From Gemmatimonadales bacterium (GTDB lineage: Bacteria; Gemmatimonadota; Gemmatimonadetes; Gemmatimonadales; GWC2-71-9): DNA of 64,000 nucleotides. Under the pieces are notes generated by a model, which had not been told where the DNA came from, did not search any database, and saw only the letters and a list, made by a program, of their open reading frames with translations. Of this stretch, positions 19,217 to 27,799 are shown one piece after another. The position numbers and the translations under genes are program-made. Where the stretch lies: NCBI GenBank assembly GCA_037189525.1, contig JBBCJC010000001.1, forward strand, positions 416,001-480,000. Direction: 5' to 3'. Each line of letters starts with the position of its first letter. Position 1 is the first letter of the stretch.

Positions 19217-19618
19217 ATGTCGCGCCAGACCTTGAAGCACCTCTGCTTTGCCGCCGCTTTCGCCCTCCTGACCACCGCCTGCGGAGAGGGGAGCGGCAAC
19301 CCCGCCGGCCCCACCCCGAGCCCGGCCAACGGCACCGTGTCGCTCACCAATCAAGCGAACACGCCGATCATTGCAGTGAACATCACCAGTTGCTCGGACG
19401 ACTCCTGGGGCGAGAACCGCCTCGAGAGCGGCCAGGTCATCCCGCCCGGCGGCAACCGGACCTGGAGCGTGCCGGCAGGCTGCTACGATGTTCGCGCGTC
19501 GACCGCCGCCAAGTCGGGTTCCTGGTGGGACCGGACCGTGAGCGCCGGCAACGTCCTGCAACTGGCGCTGTCGTCGGCCGCCAACGAGATCGCGATGTCC
19601 GCCGCCAAAAGCCGCTGA
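19217..19618 (+). CDS. small lipoprotein of unknown function
   Basis: Lipobox-like LTTAC; C..DSWGENRL..IPPG..V.AGCYD.R beta-rich domain. Confidence 0.8.
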   Translation: MSRQTLKHLCFAAAFALLTTACGEGSGNPAGPTPSPANGTVSLTNQANTPIIAVNITSCSDDSWGENRLESGQVIPPGGNRTWSVPAGCYDVRASTAAKSGSWWDRTVSAGNVLQLALSSAANEIAMSAAKSR

Positions 19619-19711
19619 GCCTGACCGGGGCCGGCCGCGCATCGTAACCTGCGCGCCGGCCCCGGGTCCCACCGACGGCGAAATCTCGGCACGGTCGGTA
19701 TCTTCCCGGCC

Positions 19712-20299
19712 ATGGATCTCTTCGCCGCCGTCATCACGCTGTTCCTGATCATGGACCCGCTCGGGAACATTCCAGTCTTCCTGTCGGTGCTCCAACCGGT
19801 CGACCCTGCCCGGCGGCGAACTATCCTGATCCGGGAGATCCTGATCGCCTACGTCGTTCTGCTGGTTTTCTTCTTTCTGGGCGAGCACCTGCTCCGCCTG
19901 CTCCATCTGGAACAGGAGACCATCAGCATCGCCGGCGGGATCGTCCTCTTCCTGATTGCATTGCGGATGATTTTCCCGCCCGAGGGCGGTATGCTGGGCG
20001 ACACCCCCGAGGGCGAGCCGTTCGTCGTACCGCTGGCCATCCCGCTGATTGCCGGACCTTCGACCCTCGCGGCCGTGCTCCTGCTGCAGCGATCGGCTCA
20101 GGGCTCCACCTTCATGCTGCTGGGTGCGATGACCATGGCCTGGGCGCTGAGCGCCGTCATCCTGCTGTCGTCGACCTTCTTCTACCGGATTCTGCGCGAA
20201 CGTGGCCTGATTGCCATGGAGCGCTTGATGGGCATGTTGCTGGTGATGGTGGCGGTACAGATGCTGATCGGCGGGCTCAAGGCGCTGCTGAATCCCTGA
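19712..20299 (+). CDS. MarC/YhgN family membrane protein
   Basis: LFLIMDPLGN, VPLAIPLIAGP, ERLMGMLL. Confidence 0.93.
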   Translation: MDLFAAVITLFLIMDPLGNIPVFLSVLQPVDPARRRTILIREILIAYVVLLVFFFLGEHLLRLLHLEQETISIAGGIVLFLIALRMIFPPEGGMLGDTPEGEPFVVPLAIPLIAGPSTLAAVLLLQRSAQGSTFMLLGAMTMAWALSAVILLSSTFFYRILRERGLIAMERLMGMLLVMVAVQMLIGGLKALLNP

Positions 20300-20337
20300 A
20301 CCCGCCGACTGTTTGCTCGACTCCAGCGGAGCCGGCG

Positions 20338-20973
20338 CTACACCACACCCGCGAGGATATCCCGAATGGCGGCGATTTCGTCGTCGTTGACCAGATGCCC
20401 CATGCCGGGATAGAGCTTCATCGTCACCTTGCCCTGCATCCGCCGCAGCACCTCGGCAGAGTGACGGACCCGGGCTGCGGGAATGTGCGGATCGATGTCG
20501 CTGCAACCGAGAAAGACCGGGGTGCCGTCGAGCGAGCCGGCATAGTCACGCGGGGTATCGTCCGGACCGATCAGCCCGCCGCTCAGCATCACGACGCCGC
20601 CGTACCGCCGTGCGTGCCTGGCGGCAAACTCACCCGCTAAGCAGGCACCCTGCGAGAAGCCCAGCAGCACCGTCCTATCCGCCGGAATACCCGCCTCCGC
20701 GATCGATGCCAGCAAGTGCTCGAGCGCCGCCATCGCCGACGAAATACCAGGTTCGTTCTGATCGAGCGGCATCAGAAAACTATACGGGTACCAGGTGTTG
20801 CCCGCCGCCTGCGGAGCCAGGTATGCCACGTCGGGCCGATCGATGACCGACTCCAGCGTCAGAATGCTCTCCGCCGTGGCCCCGCGACCGTGGATCATCA
20901 CCATGGCCGCTTTGGCTTCGCCGAGCGGTACGCCAGCTGCGTATACGGGCTGGCCCTCGTGCAGTGTCGTCAC
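20338..20973 (-). CDS. phospholipase/carboxylesterase (MhqD-like alpha/beta hydrolase)
   Basis: HGRGA, GFSQGA, DPHIP, GMGH. Confidence 0.9.
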   Translation of the reverse strand: MTTLHEGQPVYAAGVPLGEAKAAMVMIHGRGATAESILTLESVIDRPDVAYLAPQAAGNTWYPYSFLMPLDQNEPGISSAMAALEHLLASIAEAGIPADRTVLLGFSQGACLAGEFAARHARRYGGVVMLSGGLIGPDDTPRDYAGSLDGTPVFLGCSDIDPHIPAARVRHSAEVLRRMQGKVTMKLYPGMGHLVNDDEIAAIRDILAGVV

Positions 20974-21953
20974 GACGCACCTCCCGCCTGGGCCGAGCCC
21001 AGCCGTTTCGGTTCACGCAGGGGCTGCAGCCCCGCTTCGATGACCCCGCGGCGCGGCTCCAGCCAGGGAGGCAGCACCAGGCTTTCCCCCAGCGACTCCA
21101 GCGGTTCATCGACCGTGAAGCCAGGACCGTCCGTTGCCACTTCGAAGAGCGCTCCGCCCGGCTCCTTGAAGTAGATCGACTTGAACCAGAACCGGTCGAT
21201 CACTTCCGTGGGAGACTGGTGCGCATTGGCCACCCGCCGCTGCACCGCCACATGGCTGTCATCGTCGGGCACCCGCCAGGCGATGTGGTGAACGCTGCCA
21301 CGGCCCCAGGCGCCGCGACGCTCACCGGGTCGCTCCGCGAGATCGAGTACTCGGCCCGATCCGCCCGTGCCAACCGCAAAGCGCCGCCAACCGTCTTCCG
21401 TCCCGACTTCCCGGAATCCCAACCCGTCGACCAGAAACCGCACCGACGGTTCCCCGGCTCGTACCAGCAGCCGCGCACCATGCAGACCAAGCACTTGCCG
21501 ATCGGCCGGCACCGGGCTCTCGGCCCACGGCGTAAACTCCCGCGCATCGGCCGTTTCCACCAGCGCCAGGTTGAGCCCATGCGGATCCTGGAAGGTGATC
21601 AGCTGCTCGCCGAAGCGGGTCACGGGGCCGCTGATTTCAACGCCGGCACGGCCCAGCCGCTCCATCCAGTACGGCAGGGTCCCCTGCGGAATGGCCAGCG
21701 CAACTTCGACGGTCTGGCCCGCACCCGTCACGCCAGGACCCATATCCGGCCACGGGAAGAAGGTGAGATCCGTCCCCGCGTGCGCCTCGCCGTCGGCATA
21801 GAAGAGATGGTAGGTGCCTGGCGCATCCTGATTGACGGACTTCTTGACGAAGCGCATCCCCATTACGCCGACATAGAAATCGAGGTTCTCCTGGGGATCG
21901 CCCGCAATCACGGTGATGTGGTGCAGGCCGGTAACGATGTCGTTGGTGGTCAT
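20970..21953 (-). CDS. ring-cleaving dioxygenase, VOC/glyoxalase family (MhqA/MhqO-like)
   Basis: GLHHIT, KKSVNQD, YHLFY, VHHIAW, DRFWFKSIYFKEPGG.LFE.ATD; AAGGAG RBS. Confidence 0.93.
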   Translation of the reverse strand: MTTNDIVTGLHHITVIAGDPQENLDFYVGVMGMRFVKKSVNQDAPGTYHLFYADGEAHAGTDLTFFPWPDMGPGVTGAGQTVEVALAIPQGTLPYWMERLGRAGVEISGPVTRFGEQLITFQDPHGLNLALVETADAREFTPWAESPVPADRQVLGLHGARLLVRAGEPSVRFLVDGLGFREVGTEDGWRRFAVGTGGSGRVLDLAERPGERRGAWGRGSVHHIAWRVPDDDSHVAVQRRVANAHQSPTEVIDRFWFKSIYFKEPGGALFEVATDGPGFTVDEPLESLGESLVLPPWLEPRRGVIEAGLQPLREPKRLGSAQAGGAS

Positions 21954-21998
21954 GGTCCAGCTCCTTCGGTGTCGAGGCCGCATTCTGCCCAGCGGCGT

Positions 21999-22031
21999 TA
22001 TCACAATATAAAGAATCTTAGAACTAAGGCA
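21999..22031. promoter_or_regulatory. two degenerate MarR (MhqR-type) operator copies
   Basis: TATCA-N8-AGAAT and AATCT-N8-AGGCA in an AT-rich patch upstream of the dioxygenase. Confidence 0.45.
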
Positions 22032-22052
22032 ATAGTCGAAATCGAGACCGCC

Positions 22053-22514
22053 TCAGTCGGCCTCGGACCCGATCCGCTCGGCCGCATAGGTGCCCAGGGT
22101 CCGAAGCTTCTCGCCCAGCGCGCGCTGCTCGCTCTCGCCGAGGCCTCGCATCGCCAGATCGAGGGTTTCGGCGTGCTCGGGAAACACCGTCTCGATCAGG
22201 CGGATGCCGGATACAGTTAGTGCGACAAACCGGGCGCGCCGATCATCGGGACACGGCCGGCGCTCGACCAATCCCTTGGCCTCGAGTCGGTCCACCACGT
22301 AGGTAATCCCTCCGCTCGACACCAGAATCTTTCGCTGCAACTCACCCAGGAGCAGCGGACCCTTGTGAAGCAGCGCCTCCAGCACCCCGAATTCCGGGAG
22401 CGTGAGATCGTGCCGCGCCACCTGAAGGCGGGCATGGTCCTCGATGGCCCGATGCGCCCGCGACAACACGATCCATAGCTTGAGCGCGGCGTCCCGGCGA
22501 CGCGACTTGCCCAT
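22053..22514 (-). CDS. MarR family transcriptional regulator (MhqR-like)
   Basis: EFGVLEALLHKG, LVSSGGITYVVDRLE.KGLVER, DRR. Confidence 0.93.
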   Translation of the reverse strand: MGKSRRRDAALKLWIVLSRAHRAIEDHARLQVARHDLTLPEFGVLEALLHKGPLLLGELQRKILVSSGGITYVVDRLEAKGLVERRPCPDDRRARFVALTVSGIRLIETVFPEHAETLDLAMRGLGESEQRALGEKLRTLGTYAAERIGSEAD

Positions 22515-22530
22515 ATTGGCTCCGTCTTAA

Positions 22531-22550
22531 ATATCTCACAACTAAGATAT
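22531..22550. promoter_or_regulatory. MarR operator palindrome ATATCT-N8-AGATAT
   Basis: Perfect 6-bp dyad 16 bp upstream of the MarR start. Confidence 0.65.
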
Positions 22551-22713
22551 AATGGTCGACGTATCCCGACAAGTCCGCGCCGGTCACCGGGAGTGGTCCG
22601 GACCTCCATCTCAGGCTTCGGCTGGACCGCCCCTGACACCGCGTGGACCGATCCAACGCCCGCAATGAACCAGGTATCCAATCACTATCACCCTGAACAC
22701 AGGATCGAGCACG

Positions 22714-23613
22714 ATGTATCGCATCTCCCTGGTTGCCGCAGCTATCCTCATACCGGCCAATGCTTTGGCTCAGATCGTCGGACGAAACGAGAGCACCTAT
22801 TCGGTCGCCCATCGGATCGGCAATGGCGACTGGGTCCGCATCGCTTCTCCCAACGGAACGATTCGAATCGTGCAGACCTCGGGGTCCGAGGTTCGGGTCC
22901 GCGCGGAAAAAACCGTGCGGCGCGGGTCGGTCGACGATGTCGGATTCGTCGTCAGACGCAACAACGGCGGCCTGACCGTGTGCGCCGTCTACGAAGATGA
23001 ATCGGAATGCGCCGACGACGGCAGCTATCGGAGCCGTCAACGATGGTCGGGGTATGACAGGCCCCAGGTGCGGACCGACTTCACGGTATCGATCCCGGCA
23101 AACGCGAAAGTGAAAGCCGGGAGCGGCAATGGCGATGTCACCATCGAAGGCGCCGGCGCAACCGTGGTGGCCTCGACCGGCAACGGCGACATCGAAGTCT
23201 CCGACGCCCAGGGCGAGGTCCAAGCCCACAGCGGCAACGGGCGGGTGACGATCACCGCTGCCAAGGGAGCGGTCGACGTATCGACCGGCAACGGCGCCAT
23301 CAAAATTGCGACGGCCATGGGCCCCGTCGACGCCCACACGGGCAACGGCTCCATCGACGTCACCATGGACCGGGTTCAGGGTTCTCCGGACATGCGCTTC
23401 ACCACCGGCAACGGCGGGATCACCGTCCGCGTCCCCGACGGATTCGGCGCCGAGTTGGTGTCGAGCACCGGAGGCGGTCGGGTAACGGTGGACCTCCCCT
23501 TCGAAGTCGAAGGCCGGATCCGGAAATCCAGCGTCCGGGGCCGGATCGGTTCGGGAGGCGGCCGCCTGGTTCTCAGATCCGGCAACGGCAGCGTCAACGT
23601 GAGGCGTTCCTGA
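22714..23613 (+). CDS. DUF4097 beta-strand repeat protein, secreted
   Basis: Signal peptide and repeated (S/T)GNG.I/V units. Confidence 0.88.
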   Translation: MYRISLVAAAILIPANALAQIVGRNESTYSVAHRIGNGDWVRIASPNGTIRIVQTSGSEVRVRAEKTVRRGSVDDVGFVVRRNNGGLTVCAVYEDESECADDGSYRSRQRWSGYDRPQVRTDFTVSIPANAKVKAGSGNGDVTIEGAGATVVASTGNGDIEVSDAQGEVQAHSGNGRVTITAAKGAVDVSTGNGAIKIATAMGPVDAHTGNGSIDVTMDRVQGSPDMRFTTGNGGITVRVPDGFGAELVSSTGGGRVTVDLPFEVEGRIRKSSVRGRIGSGGGRLVLRSGNGSVNVRRS

Positions 23614-23622
23614 GCCGAAGCG

Positions 23623-23655
23623 GGGTGGGACCGATCACCAACGACGGCCCCACCC
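23623..23655. terminator. possible hairpin terminator between convergent genes
   Basis: GGGTGGGACCG / CGGCCCCACCC stem (10 of 11 matches), no clear U-tract. Confidence 0.35.
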
Positions 23656-23671
23656 TACCGCTCGAGACGAC

Positions 23672-24811
23672 TCAGCAGCCATTGACCCCCGGGTTCCGAT
23701 CGCGCGCGTCGCGAGGCGGCAGCGACCCGTCGAATCGGAGTTCATAGCTGTCCTGCACCTGGTTTCCCTCGTAGCGAATCGATTGCCGCACATGGGCGGG
23801 TCGGGTCCGCCCGCTCATCAGACTGTACCAGTTGTTGGTCGACTCGGTGTAGACCGGACCGCAGCGCACCAACCGAACGGCAATGCCCTGTTCGTACACG
23901 ATGCCCAGCAGATGCTCCCCCTTGGGATGCATGCCCTGTTCATCGAACGCCACCAGTTTGACCTGCGTAGCGGTCCCGCTGGCCCGGACCGAGAACTTCC
24001 GGCCCGCGTAGGCCACGCTGCCGCTCATCATCATCGGATTGGGATCGCCCAGTGAGGACAGATCGGCCGCGACCGGCGCGTCGGCAGTCCAGACGATCTC
24101 GGTGGGCAACTCGCGCAATTTCTTCCAGTCGTACAACGGCGCTCCACCGGTCGGAACCAGCAACCCGGTAAGAATCACGGCAAGCCGCTGATGCGGAGCA
24201 ACCGTCGACACTGGCGTCCGTGTCTCGCCCGGCGCGCACCGCTCGGTGTAGTTGGCCAGTTGATTGGACTGCAACGCCGGAAGTTCGTCACCGAAAGTGA
24301 GGACGTATCCCTCGCCCGGGCGCCCGGGGCCGGGAGGCTGGATCGAGAGGAACGCTGCCGCCGGTCCGCCGGTCAATCGATACCAGTTGGAGCCGCCGGA
24401 TCCTGCCCGCACCGGACAGCGAGCCAGCGCCGCAGCGATGCCCGCATCACGAAGCGCCTGCACCATCGCAGAATCACCGACCCCGCCTGATCCGGTCCGA
24501 ACGAACAGGGTCAGAACCATGGTGCGCGCCCCGCTCGCCACCACGGCCTGTTTGGCCCCGCCGAGCGTGACGGTGCCCTGGCGGGCAAAGCAATCGCCGT
24601 TGGGAAGACAGTTTCGGAACGCGGTCGGAGGCAACGGCGCCCAGCTGACGCCGGCCAATCGTTCGATCCCGCTCCAATCGGCAGGCGATCCAAGACCGAG
24701 ATACTGTTTGAAGAGGTTGGCAAGATCGGACGCAGGCTGCGCGTTAAGAACGTGCGGCCAGGACGACACCAGCAACGACACCAGGACGACACGAACCAGT
24801 AGCCGGGACAT
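23672..24811 (-). CDS. secreted hypothetical protein with two internally repeated Cys-containing domains
   Basis: Signal peptide, GAGGAG RBS, two similar halves. Confidence 0.78.
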   Translation of the reverse strand: MSRLLVRVVLVSLLVSSWPHVLNAQPASDLANLFKQYLGLGSPADWSGIERLAGVSWAPLPPTAFRNCLPNGDCFARQGTVTLGGAKQAVVASGARTMVLTLFVRTGSGGVGDSAMVQALRDAGIAAALARCPVRAGSGGSNWYRLTGGPAAAFLSIQPPGPGRPGEGYVLTFGDELPALQSNQLANYTERCAPGETRTPVSTVAPHQRLAVILTGLLVPTGGAPLYDWKKLRELPTEIVWTADAPVAADLSSLGDPNPMMMSGSVAYAGRKFSVRASGTATQVKLVAFDEQGMHPKGEHLLGIVYEQGIAVRLVRCGPVYTESTNNWYSLMSGRTRPAHVRQSIRYEGNQVQDSYELRFDGSLPPRDARDRNPGVNGC

Positions 24812-24853
24812 AGACTCCTCACCGAGAGAGCGGCCGCACCGTCCGGTGCAGTC

Positions 24854-24881
24854 ACGCTCCCAGAATACGCGAAACCGGTCA
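24854..24881 (-). promoter_or_regulatory. putative ECF-type promoter TGACCGGTTT-N14-GCGT
   Basis: Matches the motif at 19141-19168; 42 nt upstream of the 24811 start. Confidence 0.5.
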
Positions 24882-24962
24882 TCCGACCGTCACGACGGAG
24901 CTACTCGTCGGCCAACCCGCTCGATACTCGCTCCTGGATCTTCCAGCCGAGAACCTGTCCAC

Positions 24963-24997
24963 AAAAAAGAAAGCCGGGCGGTGACCTCCGCCCGGCT
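24963..24997 (-). terminator. intrinsic terminator of the 25022-26752 gene
   Basis: 10-bp stem AGCCGGGCGG / CCGCCCGGCT followed by a T-rich run on the minus strand. Confidence 0.85.
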
Positions 24998-25021
24998 CTC
25001 TACTCTCCTGCGATGCGTCCC

Positions 25022-26752
25022 TTACTGGCTGCGCGAACGATACCCGGGACCCCGCACGGCACGGCCCGGCTTGGCGCCGGTATGCACGCCGTCCTTCACC
25101 ACGGCAACGCCGTTGACGAAGACGTGATGCATGCCAACCGACAGCTTGTGCGGATCTTCGAAGGTGGAACGATCGGCCACGGTGGCGGGATCGAAGACGA
25201 CGACATCGGCATACATGCCGGGGCGGAGCACGCCGCGATCCGGAATCGAAAGGCGGGTCGCCACGGCCGACGACATCTTGCGGATGGCGTCTTCGAGGCC
25301 GATCACGCCCTCGTCACGGACGTATTTGCCCAGGATCCGGGTGTAGGTGCCGTAGGTGCGTGGATGAGCCAGGCCGCTCGACGAATCGGGGTCCATACCG
25401 CCGGCATCGGTTCCGAACTTCATCCACGGCGCCTGCAGGCCCAGCTTGACGTTCTCTTCGCTCATCATGAAATAGATCGTGCCGATCCGCTGATCTTCCG
25501 ATGCCAGCAGGTCCATCGCCGCGGTGACCCAATCCGTGCGCATTTCTTTGGCCACGTCGGAGAGGCGCCGGCCCGACCACTTCTTGTTCTCGTCCTTCCG
25601 GAACCCGAGCACCAGGACATTCTCGGGTGTCGAAAGCTCGCAGAGGTTTTCCCAGTCCTTCATCCCGGGCGCCAGAATCTCGGCCCGGATCTTGGCCCGC
25701 TCGGCGGGATCCCGGAGCCGCTCGTACAGCTTGCCGCCTTCAGACGCCGAGGGCGGCATACAGGCGGAGAGACCGGTGCCGCCGGCGATGTACGGGTACA
25801 TATCGGCCTGGACATCGAGCCCTGCGCGGCGAGCGGAGTCGATCTTGGCGATCATCAGCGGCATCTTGTAATGATTCCGCTTGCCCGCCGCCTTGAGGTG
25901 GTAGATCTCGACCGCGACACCGGCCTCTTTGCCGATCCGGATCGACTCATCGATACCCTCGAGCACCTGATCCGCTTCCGACCGCATGTGGGTGATGTAC
26001 ACGCCGCCGTACGGCGCCATCGCCTTGCTGATCTCGATCAGTTCCTCGGTCGAGGCAAAGTTGCCGGGCGGATAGATCAGCGCCGACGCAATCCCGAAGG
26101 CGCCGTCTTCCATGGCCCACCGCACCGCCTTACGCATCGAATCGAGCGCCGCGGCATCGGCCGCGCCCATCGCTTCGCCCATGCCGTAGACGCGAATGGT
26201 CGTGGCACCCACGAAGGAACCGACATTGGCGGACGGTCCATTGGCCACCATCGCGTCGAGCCAGCGACCGAACCCGCCTTCACCCTGGAACGACTCCGAG
26301 AGCTTCTGGAGCGCGGGATCGACGATGTCGGCACCGGCGAGCGTCTTGGCGTTGGCCGGCGCGTTGGTCGAGCCTTCGCCCATGATCTCGGTCGTGATGC
26401 CCTGCGTCACTTTACTGACGATCCGTCCGTCGCCGCGAAGCAGCGGGCCCCGCGAATGGCTCTGGATGTCGATGAAGCCCGGGGCCACCACCATGCCACG
26501 CGCGTCGAGACGGTTGGTGGCATTGGCCTCCGACAGCGCCCCCGCCGGCGCAATCCGGGCAATCCGGTCGCCCCGAATGGCGACATCACCATAGAACCAC
26601 GCCGCCCCGGTGCCGTCGACCACTCGGCCGCCTTCGATGATCAGATCGTAGTTGCCGCCACGGGTTTCGGCGGGCTTCCCGGGTGGCTGACAGGCCGTGA
26701 CCGCGAGCAGCGCGACCAGGGACGGTACCACGGAGGTGCGAAAGGTGGACAT
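25022..26752 (-). CDS. N-acyl-D-amino-acid deacylase family lipoprotein
   Basis: Lipobox VTAC, PGFIDIQSHS, THMRSE, YHLKA, DMYPY, GTDA, HPRTYGT. Confidence 0.9.
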   Translation of the reverse strand: MSTFRTSVVPSLVALLAVTACQPPGKPAETRGGNYDLIIEGGRVVDGTGAAWFYGDVAIRGDRIARIAPAGALSEANATNRLDARGMVVAPGFIDIQSHSRGPLLRGDGRIVSKVTQGITTEIMGEGSTNAPANAKTLAGADIVDPALQKLSESFQGEGGFGRWLDAMVANGPSANVGSFVGATTIRVYGMGEAMGAADAAALDSMRKAVRWAMEDGAFGIASALIYPPGNFASTEELIEISKAMAPYGGVYITHMRSEADQVLEGIDESIRIGKEAGVAVEIYHLKAAGKRNHYKMPLMIAKIDSARRAGLDVQADMYPYIAGGTGLSACMPPSASEGGKLYERLRDPAERAKIRAEILAPGMKDWENLCELSTPENVLVLGFRKDENKKWSGRRLSDVAKEMRTDWVTAAMDLLASEDQRIGTIYFMMSEENVKLGLQAPWMKFGTDAGGMDPDSSSGLAHPRTYGTYTRILGKYVRDEGVIGLEDAIRKMSSAVATRLSIPDRGVLRPGMYADVVVFDPATVADRSTFEDPHKLSVGMHHVFVNGVAVVKDGVHTGAKPGRAVRGPGYRSRSQ

Positions 26753-26992
26753 CGAACGGAAACTCCGGGGATGTAGGATGACGTGGGAGACGACCGGACA
26801 GGATTTGCATCCGGATCGGTATCCAATCTACTCCGATGTAGTCCGAGCACCACCGCTATGATCGGGACCGATCGCGCGGATCGTCGGTTGGGCCGAGTTC
26901 AAGGTCGATCTGACGGATTCTGGACCCTGCAGGCCTGCGAGGATACCCTTGGGTTGCACCCAGTTCTACCAACTCCGACGCCCAGGACCGGT

Positions 26993-27457
26993 ATGATGAT
27001 TCGATGGCTTGCGGTAGCTGCGCTCGTTGCGGTCCCCACTCGGGCCGTTTCGGCTCAACAGGCCCCGGCGCCGTTCCGGGATATCGAAGTACTGATGCAG
27101 CGGCTCACCGACGCGGTGAAGCGGCAGGATGGTCCCTCGATGACGAGCGTGTACGTGCTCGAGGATCCGCTGGTCTTCAGCAGCCACGCCGTCTTCATGA
27201 CACGGCGCGACTCGCTCCACGCGATCTATCTGGCCTGGGACTCGACTCGGACCAAGGGGACCTTCCTGGCGTTCGACGGTCTGCAGTACCGCCAGCTTGG
27301 CCCGGATGCCGTGCTGGTAACGGGCCGGCTCCGTCTGGCTCCAGGAACCCCGACCGGCACCGCGGCAGATACCCTGCGCGGCAGCTGGACCGGCGTATTC
27401 GAACGCCGCAACGGTCGCTGGGGCCTGGCTCACGAGCACGAGTCGTTTCAGCGGTAA
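26993..27457 (+). CDS. secreted NTF2-like (DUF4440/SnoaL) protein
   Basis: Signal peptide; LGPDAVLVTG, WTGVFERRNGRW....HES. Confidence 0.8.
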   Translation: MMIRWLAVAALVAVPTRAVSAQQAPAPFRDIEVLMQRLTDAVKRQDGPSMTSVYVLEDPLVFSSHAVFMTRRDSLHAIYLAWDSTRTKGTFLAFDGLQYRQLGPDAVLVTGRLRLAPGTPTGTAADTLRGSWTGVFERRNGRWGLAHEHESFQR

Positions 27458-27462
27458 GGGGC

Positions 27463-27562
27463 TCGACCGCGCAGGCGTTAGCCAAGTGAACGAGCCGTCT
27501 CACTGCGGTGGTTCGAAATTGCCCGGAGTTCGACCGCGCAGGCGGAGCCAAGCGAACGAGCC
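27463..27562 (+). repeat. imperfect 33-34 bp direct repeat pair
   Basis: TCGACCGCGCAGGCGTTAGCCAAGTGAACGAGCC (27463-27496) and TCGACCGCGCAGGCGGAGCCAAGCGAACGAGCC (27530-27562). Confidence 0.85.
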
Positions 27563-27578
27563 CAGGAGGGGACAACTA

Positions 27579-27602
27579 GAAAGCCGCCTCACGGCGGCTT
27601 TC
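27579..27602 (-). terminator. hairpin downstream of tRNA-Gln
   Basis: GAAAGCCGCC-TCAC-GGCGGCTTTC perfect 10-bp stem. Confidence 0.7.
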
Positions 27603-27606
27603 AAAG

Positions 27607-27679
27607 TTGCCCCTCCTGGGCTCGAACCAGGACTCTTCTGATCCAGAGTCAGACGTGTTGCCAGTTACACCAAGGGGCA
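27607..27679 (-). tRNA. tRNA-Gln(CTG)
   Basis: Cloverleaf folded by hand: TGCCCCT/AGGGGCA acceptor, TCTGA-CTCTGGA-TCAGA anticodon arm, GGTTCGAGCC T-loop; CCA not encoded. Confidence 0.96.
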
Positions 27680-27684
27680 CCAGA

Positions 27685-27757
27685 TGGAGCTGAGGGGGAT
27701 CGAACCCCTGACCTCTGCAGTGCGATTGCAGCGCTCTCCCAGCTGAGCTACAGCCCC
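27685..27757 (-). tRNA. tRNA-Ala(CGC)
   Basis: GGGGCTG/CAGCTCC acceptor with G3:U70, CTGCA-ATCGCAC-TGCAG anticodon arm; CCA not encoded. Confidence 0.96.
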
Positions 27758-27770
27758 GAGCAGGCCGACT

Positions 27771-27799
27771 AAAGTAGTGGCCCGCCTGGCTCACGTCAA
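27771..27799 (-). promoter_or_regulatory. sigma70 promoter of the tRNA pair
   Basis: TTGACG-17 nt-TACTTT on the minus strand, 13 nt upstream of tRNA-Ala. Confidence 0.75.

Noticed and set aside
22673..22683. GGTATCCAATC shared with 26818-26828
   Set aside because: A single 11-mer match without the second half-site; could be chance.
27463..27562. Repeat pair as a mini CRISPR array
   Set aside because: Only two imperfect copies, no cas genes or leader, and the second copy runs into tRNA-derived sequence.
27557..27757. tRNA 3' duplication as the att site of an integrated island
   Set aside because: The copy is inverted and adjacent, and no integrase or compositional shift is visible.
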